IMG/VR virus record: IMGVR_UViG_3300009177_000029
Span: 105,064 to 169,063 of that record
Direction: 5' to 3' (one strand)
DNA length: 64,000 bases
Source of the DNA: a virus
Taxonomy: Duplodnaviria; Heunggongvirae; Uroviricota; Caudoviricetes
Part shown: positions 1 through 9,279 of the stretch, one piece after another
Position numbering within the stretch: position 1 is the stretch's first letter
Layout: the number at the start of each line of letters is the position of its first letter
Notes under the pieces: model-generated
What the model saw: the letters and a program-made list of their open reading frames with translations, nothing else
What the model was told of the DNA's origin: nothing
Database searches by the model: none
Program-made: the position numbers and the translations under genes

Positions 1-199
1 CACCTAGCTCACCATGCAGAGCATCAATCAAGTTTTCCAACTCATCGACGTCTGCTTCTTCCTTCGTAGTCATCCCATTGTCCTTGAACATCTGGTGTAG
101 TGACTCAACAAAGGCGATTGCGTCCAAAGCCTTTTCACGGGCTTCATCGGCTGGGTCGCGTTCCTCCTCAATCTGCTTGGCTGCTTCCTCGAAGTTCAT
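1..199 (-). CDS. hypothetical acidic protein (C-terminal part; gene continues beyond window start)
   Basis: Open minus-strand frame from ATG 199-197 to window edge (MNFEEAAKQIEEERDPADEAREKALDAIAFVESL...); ATGA overlap with upstream RHH gene stop; not in ORF track because truncated. Confidence 0.35.
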   Translation of the reverse strand, partial: MNFEEAAKQIEEERDPADEAREKALDAIAFVESLHQMFKDNGMTTKEEADVDELENLIDALHGELG

Positions 200-390
200 G
201 GCGTCACAGGCTCCACATCAGGAAGTGCTTCCTTGGCGATCATGCCCAATGAAACCATCACAGAGGTCTCGATGAACGATGATGCGCTGATGTTTGCTGC
301 TTCACAGTGCTTCCTCAGTGCATCGAGCACCGCAGGATCGATCGTGATAGACGTGCGCGTCTTGGCTTCCTTCTTCTGCTTTTCTTCCAT
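196..390 (-). CDS. ribbon-helix-helix (CopG/Arc-like) DNA-binding protein
   Basis: Internal Met of ORF 196..474; sequence KTRTSITIDPAVLDALRKHCEAANISASSFIE fits RHH beta-strand+two helices; starts 1 nt after GNAT stop. Confidence 0.4.
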   Translation of the reverse strand: MEEKQKKEAKTRTSITIDPAVLDALRKHCEAANISASSFIETSVMVSLGMIAKEALPDVEPVTP

Positions 391-391
391 T

Positions 392-811
392 TCAAACCTT
401 CCTTGTCCAGTACAGAGCGTCATCAGAGTTTCCCCAAGGCAAATCAGGCTTGTAGAGCTTGAATCCACTTGCAATCAGATTGTTGCTTGAGAAGACGTTA
501 TCTAGGTCAGTATACGTGATCACCGTTGATACGCCACAGCTTTTTGCCCAGAGCAAGCGCTTGCGAATCAATGCTTTCTGCAATCCAAGTCCACGATATT
601 CTGGAAGAACACCAGCGCGGCACAGATATACACGGCTCTTTTCCTTGAGGAAAACCGCACCTGCGTACGCAACTGGCGTCTTTCCATCGTATACGATCCA
701 CCACACACCCTCGTCAGTGTTGACTGGATGATGTTCCTTATAGTTGAACACAGTTGCATCAAGTGCATGTACAGCGTTCACATCTTTGGTCTGGCGGATT
801 CGTAGTTTCAT
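392..811 (-). CDS. GNAT family N-acetyltransferase
   Basis: 139 aa; acetyl-CoA binding motif A R-G-L-G-L-Q-K-A-L-I (Q/RxxGxG/A) and overall GNAT-size fold. Confidence 0.65.
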   Translation of the reverse strand: MKLRIRQTKDVNAVHALDATVFNYKEHHPVNTDEGVWWIVYDGKTPVAYAGAVFLKEKSRVYLCRAGVLPEYRGLGLQKALIRKRLLWAKSCGVSTVITYTDLDNVFSSNNLIASGFKLYKPDLPWGNSDDALYWTRKV

Positions 812-819
812 GGCTCACC

Positions 820-1668
820 TCAGGCGTTGCCGTCGTATACCTTTCCATTCCATGCGAAGTGACCATCGTTCATCACAACCACAAATGGGCTGCAATACTT
901 GTTATCTGGTCCGTAGAGTTCCAGAATGGTGAACCCGCGCTGCCAATCAGGGTCGTTGGCATACTCGTGGTCACCTGTCATGCAGGGATTGGCGATTGCG
1001 ACCGCTGTACGGCCGCGAGAGGTCTGGCACATCATCTGTGCGCGGTGGAAGTGCCCGAACACCTCCGAGGTGCCCATGGTCTTGGTGAGACGGTTGGCAG
1101 CTAGGTGCTTGCCTCCACCGTACTTACCAGACTGATTGTGGCCGTGACGAAGCACGAAGGGACCACACTGTAGGCCCTTGTTGACCGTATCCTCACGAGT
1201 CCACGTGATTCCCTTGCGAAGACCCTGCAAATAGCACTGATCTTCAAGGGTGAGACCGAGGGCGTCCTTCAACGCGTGGGCAGCATGCATGTGCAAGAAC
1301 TTCTGCCAGCGTTCATCGTGATTGCCTTCACAGATGATTAGCTGCACACCCGGATGGATGTCACGCAACTCGTTCATTTCCTTCACAAACATCTTGATCT
1401 GAGGGATGGCGTTCACAGGCGCACCGGGGCCCTGTGTGTATCTGCTCATCATTCCGAGGTCGATGAAGTCTCCAAGGACTACGACCTTATCAGGCTTGAC
1501 GTCTGCATACCACTTCTTGAATGCATTCCATGTTGCAGGGTCATGCAAATCGAAGTGAATGTCGCTCACAATGGCGACGAGTTCTGACTGGTTTGTTACG
1601 GCACTTAGCTTCTTTTTCTTTGTTGTCATGCAATCCTCATAGGCGAGTTCTCGGTCAGAGAAACCCAC
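820..1668 (-). CDS. calcineurin-like metallophosphoesterase (Ser/Thr phosphatase or Mre11-like)
   Basis: Motifs DIHFD (DxH), VVLGDFIDLG (GDxxDRG-like), GNHDE (GNHE), RHGH present in canonical order. Confidence 0.7.
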   Translation of the reverse strand: MGFSDRELAYEDCMTTKKKKLSAVTNQSELVAIVSDIHFDLHDPATWNAFKKWYADVKPDKVVVLGDFIDLGMMSRYTQGPGAPVNAIPQIKMFVKEMNELRDIHPGVQLIICEGNHDERWQKFLHMHAAHALKDALGLTLEDQCYLQGLRKGITWTREDTVNKGLQCGPFVLRHGHNQSGKYGGGKHLAANRLTKTMGTSEVFGHFHRAQMMCQTSRGRTAVAIANPCMTGDHEYANDPDWQRGFTILELYGPDNKYCSPFVVVMNDGHFAWNGKVYDGNA

Positions 1669-1982
1669 AGATCATGCACACGCTTGACGTATGCCGCTGG
1701 GAGCGTCTCTACGGGAGGCAGTTCTGACCGCGTGTCAGCCTTTGGCGTATTGGCGATGTTGGGGTGCGCAGAACTCAAACGTCCCGTTCTCGTCAACACA
1801 TTGAATGTCTTAGCAGCGTTCTGTCGGCTCAAGAAGCCTGCACAGCGTTGTGAACACGTAACACGCTTGCCAGTGGCTGCATAAGGTGTTTGACACACCA
1901 CACAGATCCTGGCGAAGTCACCTTCTGGTCCGTTCATCGTTCCTCCGTGTGTGAGTATGAGTCGTGCGCCGGAGTGTGTCAA
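1626..1982 (-). CDS. hypothetical zinc-ribbon protein
   Basis: ORF track; CVVCQ...CSQRC cysteine pairs; start uncertain (possibly internal Met). Confidence 0.3.
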   Translation of the reverse strand: MTHSGARLILTHGGTMNGPEGDFARICVVCQTPYAATGKRVTCSQRCAGFLSRQNAAKTFNVLTRTGRLSSAHPNIANTPKADTRSELPPVETLPAAYVKRVHDLWVSLTENSPMRIA

Positions 1983-1999
1983 GGTCGATCAGGAACTGC

Positions 2000-2305
2000 T
2001 CACTTACCAGGCTTGGTGAATGAATCCGAGGTCTTGTGTTTACCTGTGTCATCCTGCGGTGCCACAACTCGGCGCAAGTCTCGTGCACTTTCTTTTGACG
2101 ACCTTGTAATCGTCTTAGCTTCTGCGAGAGTAGCTCCCATTTCAGCAGCTACTGCGACGACAGAAGGCGGCACAACTTCAATCTTTACAGGCTTAGGCTC
2201 CATGTTGTACTCGACATGTTCCTCAAGACGACCAAGACGAAATCGAAGCTTGTTAAACTCGATTTCCAAGTCCTTGATCTTCCTTTGGAGTGCATCGAGA
2301 TCCAT
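2000..2305 (-). CDS. hypothetical coiled-coil protein
   Basis: ORF track; heptad-rich KIKDLEIEFNKLRFRLGRLEE; ATGA-type junction with neighbour at 2305. Confidence 0.35.
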   Translation of the reverse strand: MDLDALQRKIKDLEIEFNKLRFRLGRLEEHVEYNMEPKPVKIEVVPPSVVAVAAEMGATLAEAKTITRSSKESARDLRRVVAPQDDTGKHKTSDSFTKPGK

Positions 2306-2634
2306 CAGCGAGTCTTTGCCAACTGCAAGAGAAGTTCATGCATACGATCAAGCTTTTCATCTAGCTTACTAGTATTCTGCACAAGTTGATTCACGAGACC
2401 ACGCATTTCGGACATTTCATGCTTAGCAGCAAAAAGTTCCTTCGCGCGTGAACGTTCCTCTTCCAACTCTTGCTTGACGTGTGCCACCATCGCCTTGTGA
2501 GCAGCGTCAATGATGCCAGGCTTCTCTTCCTGGATCACAGATTGGGTTCGGGTCTTGTGAATCGCGAGTAGTGCCGGGATTGCCAGCGACGTGACTACAA
2601 GCGAAATGATTGCGATGATCTCAGCCATGCCCAT
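2305..2634 (-). CDS. hypothetical membrane-anchored coiled-coil protein
   Basis: N-terminal hydrophobic helix AEIIAIISLVVTSLAIPALLAI followed by charged coiled coil. Confidence 0.35.
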   Translation of the reverse strand: MGMAEIIAIISLVVTSLAIPALLAIHKTRTQSVIQEEKPGIIDAAHKAMVAHVKQELEEERSRAKELFAAKHEMSEMRGLVNQLVQNTSKLDEKLDRMHELLLQLAKTR

Positions 2635-2644
2635 AGGGAACTCC

Positions 2645-3013
2645 TCAGGACTGGTATTGAACTACGAAAGCTTCATAGGCCGACGTACCATCAGCGGCCT
2701 CAGCATAGACGTACGTACTCCCCCTAGAGTTGGCATCGTCTGATTCTGGAACAAACGGAATCTGAGACCATGGACCATACACAACGTCACGAGTTGGGTC
2801 CACAGCACCCGCACCCAGAGCCTTGTTACCAGAGAAGCGTACACGTACACCTCCGGCACCAACAAGAAGCAAGTGAATCTTGCCCTCGCTCAAGGATCTA
2901 TGCGTCTGCGTCTCAGCAGTACCTGTGCCCGCCAAACGCTGTGGCGTACGATTGCCAGGAACCTGGTCATCGACTAGTGGCGGAAGAGGGAAAAAGTTTC
3001 TGAACAACATCAT
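2645..3013 (-). CDS. hypothetical protein
   Basis: ORF track, 122 aa, co-oriented in operon. Confidence 0.3.
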   Translation of the reverse strand: MMLFRNFFPLPPLVDDQVPGNRTPQRLAGTGTAETQTHRSLSEGKIHLLLVGAGGVRVRFSGNKALGAGAVDPTRDVVYGPWSQIPFVPESDDANSRGSTYVYAEAADGTSAYEAFVVQYQS

Positions 3014-3077
3014 GACACCTCAGTATGGCATAGCCAGACAAGTATTCTAGCTTACCTAACTACCGAGGTCAATCGTA

Positions 3078-5051
3078 TCATCCGATTACACACATGTCGC
3101 CGTCACAAAAACGGGATGTGAGTTCATGCTTCGCGTCTGTAGTATCAAGAGGCGTAATACCGCTCTTGATCGACTCGTATTCGGTCTGCGAGATTGTTTC
3201 GTACGGTGCTTGTTCGTAGCCATGGTCTTCTAGTGGCAAGAACGACACACCCTTGAGTCGAGTCTCATACAGTTCCAAAGCGTACTTGATGTCCAACGCT
3301 TCTTCACTATCGAACGTGACCGTGACCGACACTTGGTTATCAGCCCAGAACTGCTGCATCTGTGCTGCAAGTTCAAGCTGTTCCCACATCGTCACGTCAT
3401 CCTTGCTTCGATCGTAGTTTCGTTCCTCAACCGGGAACGATGCCACCACCGTGTTCGGACTGTACTTATCCTTCTCGATTGGGTAACCGGCTGTACGCAA
3501 CTTCTCGACCAGTGGAGAAGTATCCTGCAAACGCACACGACGAATATAGTAACGTGCGTGAGGGAAGTGAATGCCTGGCGTGACACCTGGAAGCAAGCTG
3601 ACCGTGCCGGAAGGCTTTACACTCGTCACCTTGATGGATGTACGTACACAGAGCCAGTCAGCATACACGCGATCGAGATCACGAAGGTATTCGTAACCCT
3701 TATCACAGAACGTGCTGAGAAACTCGCGACGCCCGAACTTCTGCATTGCCTGGACGATACCGCTCATGGAGCAACCAATGCGTCGGTTGCGCATCATGAC
3801 CGTGTTCGTACGGTCATCATGCGTTGGCATCAGCGTGACAGTCTTCGCATACAAGTACGCGTACTTCAACGTCTTCTTGTAGTCTTCGAAGTTCTCATGC
3901 AAGCCCGGGAACGTTTCAACCAAGCAGCACAGTTCTCGGTCTTCCAAGGACTGTTCTACACATGGATTTGCACCCATGACACGCATGTCGGAGAAATCAG
4001 GCTCTCGTCCCATACGTCCGAACTTGCGAGCATTGTCCAACCACTGGTATCCAGGCTCACCGTTCTTGGAGGTCATACCAGCTACGATACCATAGGGCAT
4101 ACCGACCTCTGCAAACACAGAGTTGTTCGATGCCCAGCGGTGGTGCATCAATGCATCCTTATTCATGTCTGGATTCTTGAGCAACAAGAACTCTTCGTCT
4201 TGAGGATCACCAAAGGCAATCTCAGCAGAACGACGTACGTTACCTGCTACGACACAGCGTCCGATCAGGTTACAAATGTCCACAATCGCTGTGGAATCAA
4301 TAGTTTGACCGTACAATGGCTCAAAGATGGTTGAGATAGAGTGAACTAGCTCTTCCAGCGGCGCAGGACCGCTGGCGACTCCACCGAACCCTCGGATTGG
4401 TGCTCCGGCTGGTCGTACTCTAGAGTAATCGATTGTTTCCGGGATCGAGCCTCTGCCGACATGGGCATCGAGATAAACACGAAGCAGAGACACCCAACCC
4501 TCTCTAGTGTCCTCTACAACGAAAGTACCGTTGATTGAGGCAGGCTTCTGGATCTTGACGAGACCGACACCCTTGGTATCGAAGCCAACACCCACGCCGA
4601 GCATCAACATGTCCATCAACCAGCAGAATGGGTCTGCAAAGTCAACAGCAATACCCTTCGTCGAAACGAATCCGCAGTTATTGAGAGCTGCACCACCAAG
4701 ACGGTCGATAGCAGGAGAACCCATCATCCACAGACCACGACCAGGTGGAAGCCACTTGAAGGCCCACATGCGTCGGAACATTTCCTGAGCAGAACGCTGC
4801 GCCTTGCGGTCATCCCACGGAAGACGCAAGTTCTTGCAGTGACGCTTCTGCACGTCGTAGGTACCTTCGACTACGCGCTTGCACGTCTCCCAGAACTCTT
4901 CCAGAGACTCATCTGGCTTCGTGCGAGCATACGTACGCTTGTAGACAACATAGCCTAGGCCGTTGTAGCCCCAGGCTGGTTGTTTGTCTCGGTACTCGTC
5001 AAGGAAAGAATCGGAAAGCTTGAAAGATCGAATGGAATCAGCAGCACTCAT
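3078..5051 (-). CDS. nrdJ: ribonucleoside-triphosphate/diphosphate reductase, adenosylcobalamin-dependent (class II)
   Basis: 657 aa; N-terminal YVVYKRTYAR, LNNCGF, GVGVGF, active-site NPCVEQ (N-x-C-x-E) with CC pair, C-terminal Cys cluster; matches monomeric class II RNR architecture. Confidence 0.8.
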   Translation of the reverse strand: MSAADSIRSFKLSDSFLDEYRDKQPAWGYNGLGYVVYKRTYARTKPDESLEEFWETCKRVVEGTYDVQKRHCKNLRLPWDDRKAQRSAQEMFRRMWAFKWLPPGRGLWMMGSPAIDRLGGAALNNCGFVSTKGIAVDFADPFCWLMDMLMLGVGVGFDTKGVGLVKIQKPASINGTFVVEDTREGWVSLLRVYLDAHVGRGSIPETIDYSRVRPAGAPIRGFGGVASGPAPLEELVHSISTIFEPLYGQTIDSTAIVDICNLIGRCVVAGNVRRSAEIAFGDPQDEEFLLLKNPDMNKDALMHHRWASNNSVFAEVGMPYGIVAGMTSKNGEPGYQWLDNARKFGRMGREPDFSDMRVMGANPCVEQSLEDRELCCLVETFPGLHENFEDYKKTLKYAYLYAKTVTLMPTHDDRTNTVMMRNRRIGCSMSGIVQAMQKFGRREFLSTFCDKGYEYLRDLDRVYADWLCVRTSIKVTSVKPSGTVSLLPGVTPGIHFPHARYYIRRVRLQDTSPLVEKLRTAGYPIEKDKYSPNTVVASFPVEERNYDRSKDDVTMWEQLELAAQMQQFWADNQVSVTVTFDSEEALDIKYALELYETRLKGVSFLPLEDHGYEQAPYETISQTEYESIKSGITPLDTTDAKHELTSRFCDGDMCVIG

Positions 5052-5068
5052 TACTCATACCTATTTCT

Positions 5069-5377
5069 TCAACACAACGCCGCATACGTCGATTTGAGGT
5101 GAACGATCAGCTTAGCACGCTGCTCTTTGTCGATCGACAACAAAGGTGTCTCGATTGACGATTTGTGAAGCGTAGAACCCCGCGGCGTGTTTACTACATG
5201 GTAATCCTGGTAGATGCATATCTTACTGGAATCAGGTGTGATTGCGAGGCACTCAACAAACTCCCGAAGCCAGCATCCAGGAAGTCTCATCCCGGGCATA
5301 CCTGCTTGCTTGAAGTGAAAGCGTATGAACAGGTCATCGTCCTCACCCTTACACTCTATCTCTAGCGGAGTGCCCAT
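5069..5377 (-). CDS. hypothetical protein
   Basis: ORF track 102 aa. Confidence 0.3.
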   Translation of the reverse strand: MGTPLEIECKGEDDDLFIRFHFKQAGMPGMRLPGCWLREFVECLAITPDSSKICIYQDYHVVNTPRGSTLHKSSIETPLLSIDKEQRAKLIVHLKSTYAALC

Positions 5378-5378
5378 A

Positions 5379-5579
5379 TCAGTAATCCTTCTTCAAGACG
5401 GCAGGATCGAGCCATTCCTTCAACCCGTTGTTCCACTTGACCAGAACGCGGTCAAAGCGCTTCGGTCCCTTCTCGGAATCGTAACGATGGCGTTCGACGA
5501 TCTTACCAGAACTGCCAAACACATCATCGGCAGTTAGCAAACACACTCGCATACCAACGTACGGTTCTGTGCGTTTCAT
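5379..5579 (-). CDS. hypothetical protein
   Basis: ORF track 66 aa, tightly packed with neighbours. Confidence 0.3.
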   Translation of the reverse strand: MKRTEPYVGMRVCLLTADDVFGSSGKIVERHRYDSEKGPKRFDRVLVKWNNGLKEWLDPAVLKKDY

Positions 5580-5851
5580 GATTCCTCAGGGAATGCAGAC
5601 TTTAGTGCACGGATGATGAGACGCCACATGTTGTAGGACAAGCGTGGGTAGTCCTTGACCTCACCTGTCCTAGTCATCTTGCCACCGTCCCACGGAGCAC
5701 GTGTCTCACCCTTACGACAGACGCCGACCGTGTAGTCTCCACGATTCGGATCACCATTAGTGGTGTCGTCGTTTGCGATGTACATACGGCCCAGCTCCCG
5801 AGACCGAGACGGATGGACGGCACTGACGAGTTCAACCTTGACTACAATCAC
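5576..5851 (-). CDS. hypothetical protein
   Basis: ORF track 91 aa; 4-nt overlaps on both sides. Confidence 0.35.
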   Translation of the reverse strand: MIVVKVELVSAVHPSRSRELGRMYIANDDTTNGDPNRGDYTVGVCRKGETRAPWDGGKMTRTGEVKDYPRLSYNMWRLIIRALKSAFPEES

Positions 5852-6222
5852 AGCTTCCAGTCCTCGTCACGGAGCAGTTGTGAATCGAGGCCATGTCCGT
5901 TGATAGCAAGTTGTCGATACTCGATAGGCACACCACGCTTGATAGCGTCATCGATTCCGTACTGCATGCCCTTGCTGATTCCGAGGTCCGTGTAGACCAC
6001 CGTGGCCTGTGCTACCTGGCGCCAAGCGAAACCAGCTTGAATGCCATGGTTTCGCTCTTCTGGGATGAGGTCATTCAGCACACCATCCTGCGTGTACAGA
6101 AGATGGCTTGCGTACGGTGCCTCACCTCTCATGAGGCAATCCTTCATACACATGCGTGCGTAGCGAACGTTTGTCTCAACGTCACCAGCGTATGGTGACT
6201 CAAGAACTACCAATCGGTACAT
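5848..6222 (-). CDS. nucleoside 2-deoxyribosyltransferase-like (DUF4406-like) protein, tentative
   Basis: VVLESPYAGD...NVRYAR...GEAPYASHLLY pattern resembles the small phage/bacterial deoxyribosyltransferase-like family; assignment by memory only. Confidence 0.3.
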   Translation of the reverse strand: MYRLVVLESPYAGDVETNVRYARMCMKDCLMRGEAPYASHLLYTQDGVLNDLIPEERNHGIQAGFAWRQVAQATVVYTDLGISKGMQYGIDDAIKRGVPIEYRQLAINGHGLDSQLLRDEDWKL

Positions 6223-6225
6223 GTT

Positions 6226-6822
6226 TCACCTATTCCATGCCGGCTCGACTGCACGGTCGAGAACCGAAGGATTCATCATCTCCCAAGCCTGGGGACAGAC
6301 GAACACCATCCCGTACTTCTGCCACGTGCCAAGCACATAGCGATCATCCTCGAAGAAAAAGAACGGTCCCTTCAACTCCTCTTGATGAACGTAGTCGAGA
6401 AACATTTCTTCCTTCATCTGAGAAGCTGGCTTTCCAGTGTCCTTCATGGGTCGCATGATGAGGAAATCGCCATCTTGCTTGTACCCATGCTTGATGAGCC
6501 AAGCATCAGTCACGTAACGGTGCTTGGAGTTGCGTCCAGTCATGTACGTGATCGTGAATCCGTGTTCACGCATAGCGTTGATTACATCCAGAGAATGTGG
6601 CTGTGGTTCATCCAAAGCCATCAACTCAGGCTGTAGGAACTGGTCCCACGCTCCCTGAGGAGTGTGATGCTTCTCGCCTCCGCAGTTCTTGCAAACAGGT
6701 CGGTGTTCACCACCCATAGGCATCTTGCAGCCCGCACATACTCGCTTGAGCAAAACCGCGCGATGATCGTTGTTTGCGATCGTAGTGTCGATGTCAATGA
6801 TTGCAACAGGTGTCATGCTCAC
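6226..6822 (-). CDS. HAD-superfamily phosphatase with inserted zinc ribbon (polynucleotide 3'-phosphatase-like)
   Basis: HAD motif I IIDIDTTI (DxDxT), motif II YMTGRNS, motif IV FFFEDDRYV; CAGC...CKNCGG insertion. Confidence 0.55.
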   Translation of the reverse strand: MSMTPVAIIDIDTTIANNDHRAVLLKRVCAGCKMPMGGEHRPVCKNCGGEKHHTPQGAWDQFLQPELMALDEPQPHSLDVINAMREHGFTITYMTGRNSKHRYVTDAWLIKHGYKQDGDFLIMRPMKDTGKPASQMKEEMFLDYVHQEELKGPFFFFEDDRYVLGTWQKYGMVFVCPQAWEMMNPSVLDRAVEPAWNR

Positions 6823-7400
6823 ACCCTACCACGCCCACGCTTGTCGTCAACCACAACGCTCACATCCACTTGCATGACGCGCTTGGTTGGTCGAGACGAA
6901 TACACCTTTCCTGTGCGAAGTAGGACGTAGTGAACGTCTTGGTCATCGAGGTCGATCGAATCGATTACCATGTATACATTCGCAGGGTTGACAGCACTAG
7001 CGAACCTAAAGGTTTCACCCGGCCCCAGCTCTTCGAGCGGTAGTGACCCGGGGATAACGACTTGAACACGACGAGTGGATTGCGGATACCTACGGTCCAG
7101 TCGCAGTTCCCGAACTTGCCGAGCGTAGTAGGCGTCCCAGCCTTCACGCGGTTCCTCTTCCTGGAAGTCATCGTATGCATATTCATCTGGAAAGTAGTCT
7201 TCTGCTGCCATGGTTTCTCTCGTTTCGTATCTTGGTCGACAGTTACCGCATAGTGGGGACGACTGTCCACAGCTACACTCAGATCCGTCAGGGTTGTAAT
7301 CCGCTGGATACATACACGTCTCCTCTTTGATTCCTGGATCTTCTGATCCATCAGGATCTGATCTTCCAAGGAATCTACTTGACCTCTCGGTCCCTCTCAT
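6819..7400 (-). CDS. hypothetical acidic protein
   Basis: ORF track 193 aa. Confidence 0.35.
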   Translation of the reverse strand: MRGTERSSRFLGRSDPDGSEDPGIKEETCMYPADYNPDGSECSCGQSSPLCGNCRPRYETRETMAAEDYFPDEYAYDDFQEEEPREGWDAYYARQVRELRLDRRYPQSTRRVQVVIPGSLPLEELGPGETFRFASAVNPANVYMVIDSIDLDDQDVHYVLLRTGKVYSSRPTKRVMQVDVSVVVDDKRGRGRV

Positions 7401-7476
7401 TCAGTTGAGTCAGAACAATGGTACCCGGTATTACGGATGTTGTCAAGTGAGATCCTGCATGGGCGAATAGATCGTT

Positions 7477-7950
7477 TTACAAGAGGTCCCACTCGTATTC
7501 TATGTCGTCTTTAGGTACCACCACAACCTGTTGTACCGTTGGCACATGGACCAGTTGTTCTACCCATACCAGTAGTGGTTGGAACGGCAGGTTGACCATC
7601 AGTTCTGGCCATGTGAATATGTCCTCGTAAGCTAGCACTTGCTCGATCGAAGCTGACGCGTAGTCCGCGAACTCATCGACTAGAACATGAATGCCGCCAG
7701 AAGGTATGAGTTCGCCGCAAGGGTTTGCAGACTTCACGTGTCGCTGGACACTAAGTTGAATACTGTGCCTCTTGATTGGCTGCGGCTGATGTATGTCCTC
7801 AGGCATGTGTACGACAGGATTTGCATCCTTTCGTGTCATCATGTGCACCGTGTATTGTTCACCTTCATGCGTGAAATGGAAGAACGGCACAGGTTTCGCC
7901 CGGGGCATTGCTGGCGTCGTCATTTCCATAACAGGGAGAAGTGTGGACAT
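7477..7950 (-). CDS. hypothetical protein
   Basis: ORF track 157 aa. Confidence 0.35.
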   Translation of the reverse strand: MSTLLPVMEMTTPAMPRAKPVPFFHFTHEGEQYTVHMMTRKDANPVVHMPEDIHQPQPIKRHSIQLSVQRHVKSANPCGELIPSGGIHVLVDEFADYASASIEQVLAYEDIFTWPELMVNLPFQPLLVWVEQLVHVPTVQQVVVVPKDDIEYEWDLL

Positions 7951-8016
7951 ATCACCACCAAAAGGTAAACAAATACAAAGAAGATCAGATCATACTCGGG
8001 GAGTATAATGGGTTTG

Positions 8017-8430
8017 TTATTGTTGATCCCGGCGCTCGCGTGTATTATCCCTGTACATGATTGCTGTTGGATACAGGGTCAACACGGTTCCACCGAACGT
8101 ACACATGACCATCGCGCTGAGTAGTTCTGTGGTCCCCGTGAAGGTCGCCAGAGCCGCCAGGACCATCGCACCCACCGCCATAGCCTCACCACCCATGAGA
8201 ACGCCGTACAGAGCCACACGGGCGGCGGAAAGCGGCTTGCGGTCCCAGCCCACGAAGAACGGGAACAGCGACACAGCGATGACGCCCAGAACGGCTGCAA
8301 GGGCAACCTTCGTCTCAGAATCGAATGGACTGAGGAGCACGCCCCAGATCGCACCCATTGTGATACGTCCTAGGAACTTCGCTGGAAGAGCGACAAACGG
8401 ATGCCGGGTAAGTAGGCTGAACATGTTCAT
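8017..8430 (-). CDS. hypothetical integral membrane protein
   Basis: Four predicted hydrophobic helices (GAIWGVLLSPF, LAAVLGVIAVSLFPFFVGW, LYGVLMGG..AVGAMVLAALA, LSAMVMCTFGGTVLTLY). Confidence 0.4.
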   Translation of the reverse strand: MNMFSLLTRHPFVALPAKFLGRITMGAIWGVLLSPFDSETKVALAAVLGVIAVSLFPFFVGWDRKPLSAARVALYGVLMGGEAMAVGAMVLAALATFTGTTELLSAMVMCTFGGTVLTLYPTAIMYRDNTRERRDQQ

Positions 8431-8774
8431 TCCTCCTTGCCAGACAGCTCTTGTTTGATCACTTCCTCTTTCAGCACCTTGATTGCGAAGGTACCAATGA
8501 GCGTCCTCGGAACTATCCGAATCTGCCAGGTATCCTTCACAAAGTGGAACTGGATGTCGAAGTCCGCACCGACGACCATCGTACGGGTGAACTTGCGGAA
8601 AATCGCGCCAAGCAGCCCAGAAAACGGTCCGCTCTCAGCAAACGCTTGCTGGTAGAACTCCTGGCGAATGGAGCCGATCGTCGGCGGCACAGGAGGACCG
8701 GATGTGTTACTGTTGATGGACTGCTGTGCGGCTAGAGCCTGTTGCACAATCATCTGTCGAGAGTTTGCCATTGT
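8427..8774 (-). CDS. hypothetical protein
   Basis: Internal Met (MANSRQ) of ORF 8427..8843 chosen to limit overlap with upstream gene; start uncertain. Confidence 0.3.
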   Translation of the reverse strand, partial: TMANSRQMIVQQALAAQQSINSNTSGPPVPPTIGSIRQEFYQQAFAESGPFSGLLGAIFRKFTRTMVVGADFDIQFHFVKDTWQIRIVPRTLIGTFAIKVLKEEVIKQELSGKEE

Positions 8775-9264
8775 TGACCTCGTTTGGGGTGGTTGCGTCC
8801 ATATTACCACCCGCACACGCGTCGTCAAGGACCGTGAAGGCATGAGCCAACACTTTCAACTCGATGTTGATGTACTCTATTTTGAGATAGGGAATGTGTC
8901 CGACGTCGAGGGCTGAAAGCTCGTAGCCGCCAACAAACCTATCCACAGACTCAAGGTCGCCAGCCAACCCAGCGCGGTAAGCAGCTTCAATCTCTTGTTG
9001 AACCTGTGCTTGCTTAGCGTTGTGTGCCTCAACATCCGACATTGAGTGCGAGTTGTAGACCTGGCGATAGATAGTCGCTAGAGGTGCCATCCACGGCTGC
9101 CAGGAATACGTCCCATCATCGTCGCCCGAGTTCACGTGAATCATATGAGCCCACATATCATCCATTTCTTCTTTCGTGAAGATACGGGCGTGGTGTTCAT
9201 CAGTATGTTCGTCGTGAGCAGCTTTGGCCGACATATGCAGTTGGAGCAGTTCTTTCCTGTTCAT
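8707..9264 (-). CDS. member of GLWELA-motif paralog family
   Basis: Contains EAAYRAGLAGDLESVDRFVGGYELSALD and W-rich N-region similar to 9280..9639. Confidence 0.4.
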   Translation of the reverse strand: MNRKELLQLHMSAKAAHDEHTDEHHARIFTKEEMDDMWAHMIHVNSGDDDGTYSWQPWMAPLATIYRQVYNSHSMSDVEAHNAKQAQVQQEIEAAYRAGLAGDLESVDRFVGGYELSALDVGHIPYLKIEYINIELKVLAHAFTVLDDACAGGNMDATTPNEVNNGKLSTDDCATGSSRTAVHQQ

Positions 9265-9279
9265 GGTATCACCTACGTA

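Noticed and set aside
78-275. Plus-strand 65-aa ORF at window start
   Set aside because: It lies antisense to the minus-strand operon (partial acidic gene and RHH gene) and has Ser-rich junk composition.
3333-4334. 333-aa plus-strand ORF inside the nrdJ gene, and similar long antisense ORFs (15659..16480, 17371..18162, 24976..26004, 31573..32787, 41057..41794, 36503..37195)
   Set aside because: They lie antisense to genes with strong domain evidence, have Arg/His-rich junk composition, and lack ribosome-binding sites. These are shadow ORFs of GC-rich coding DNA.
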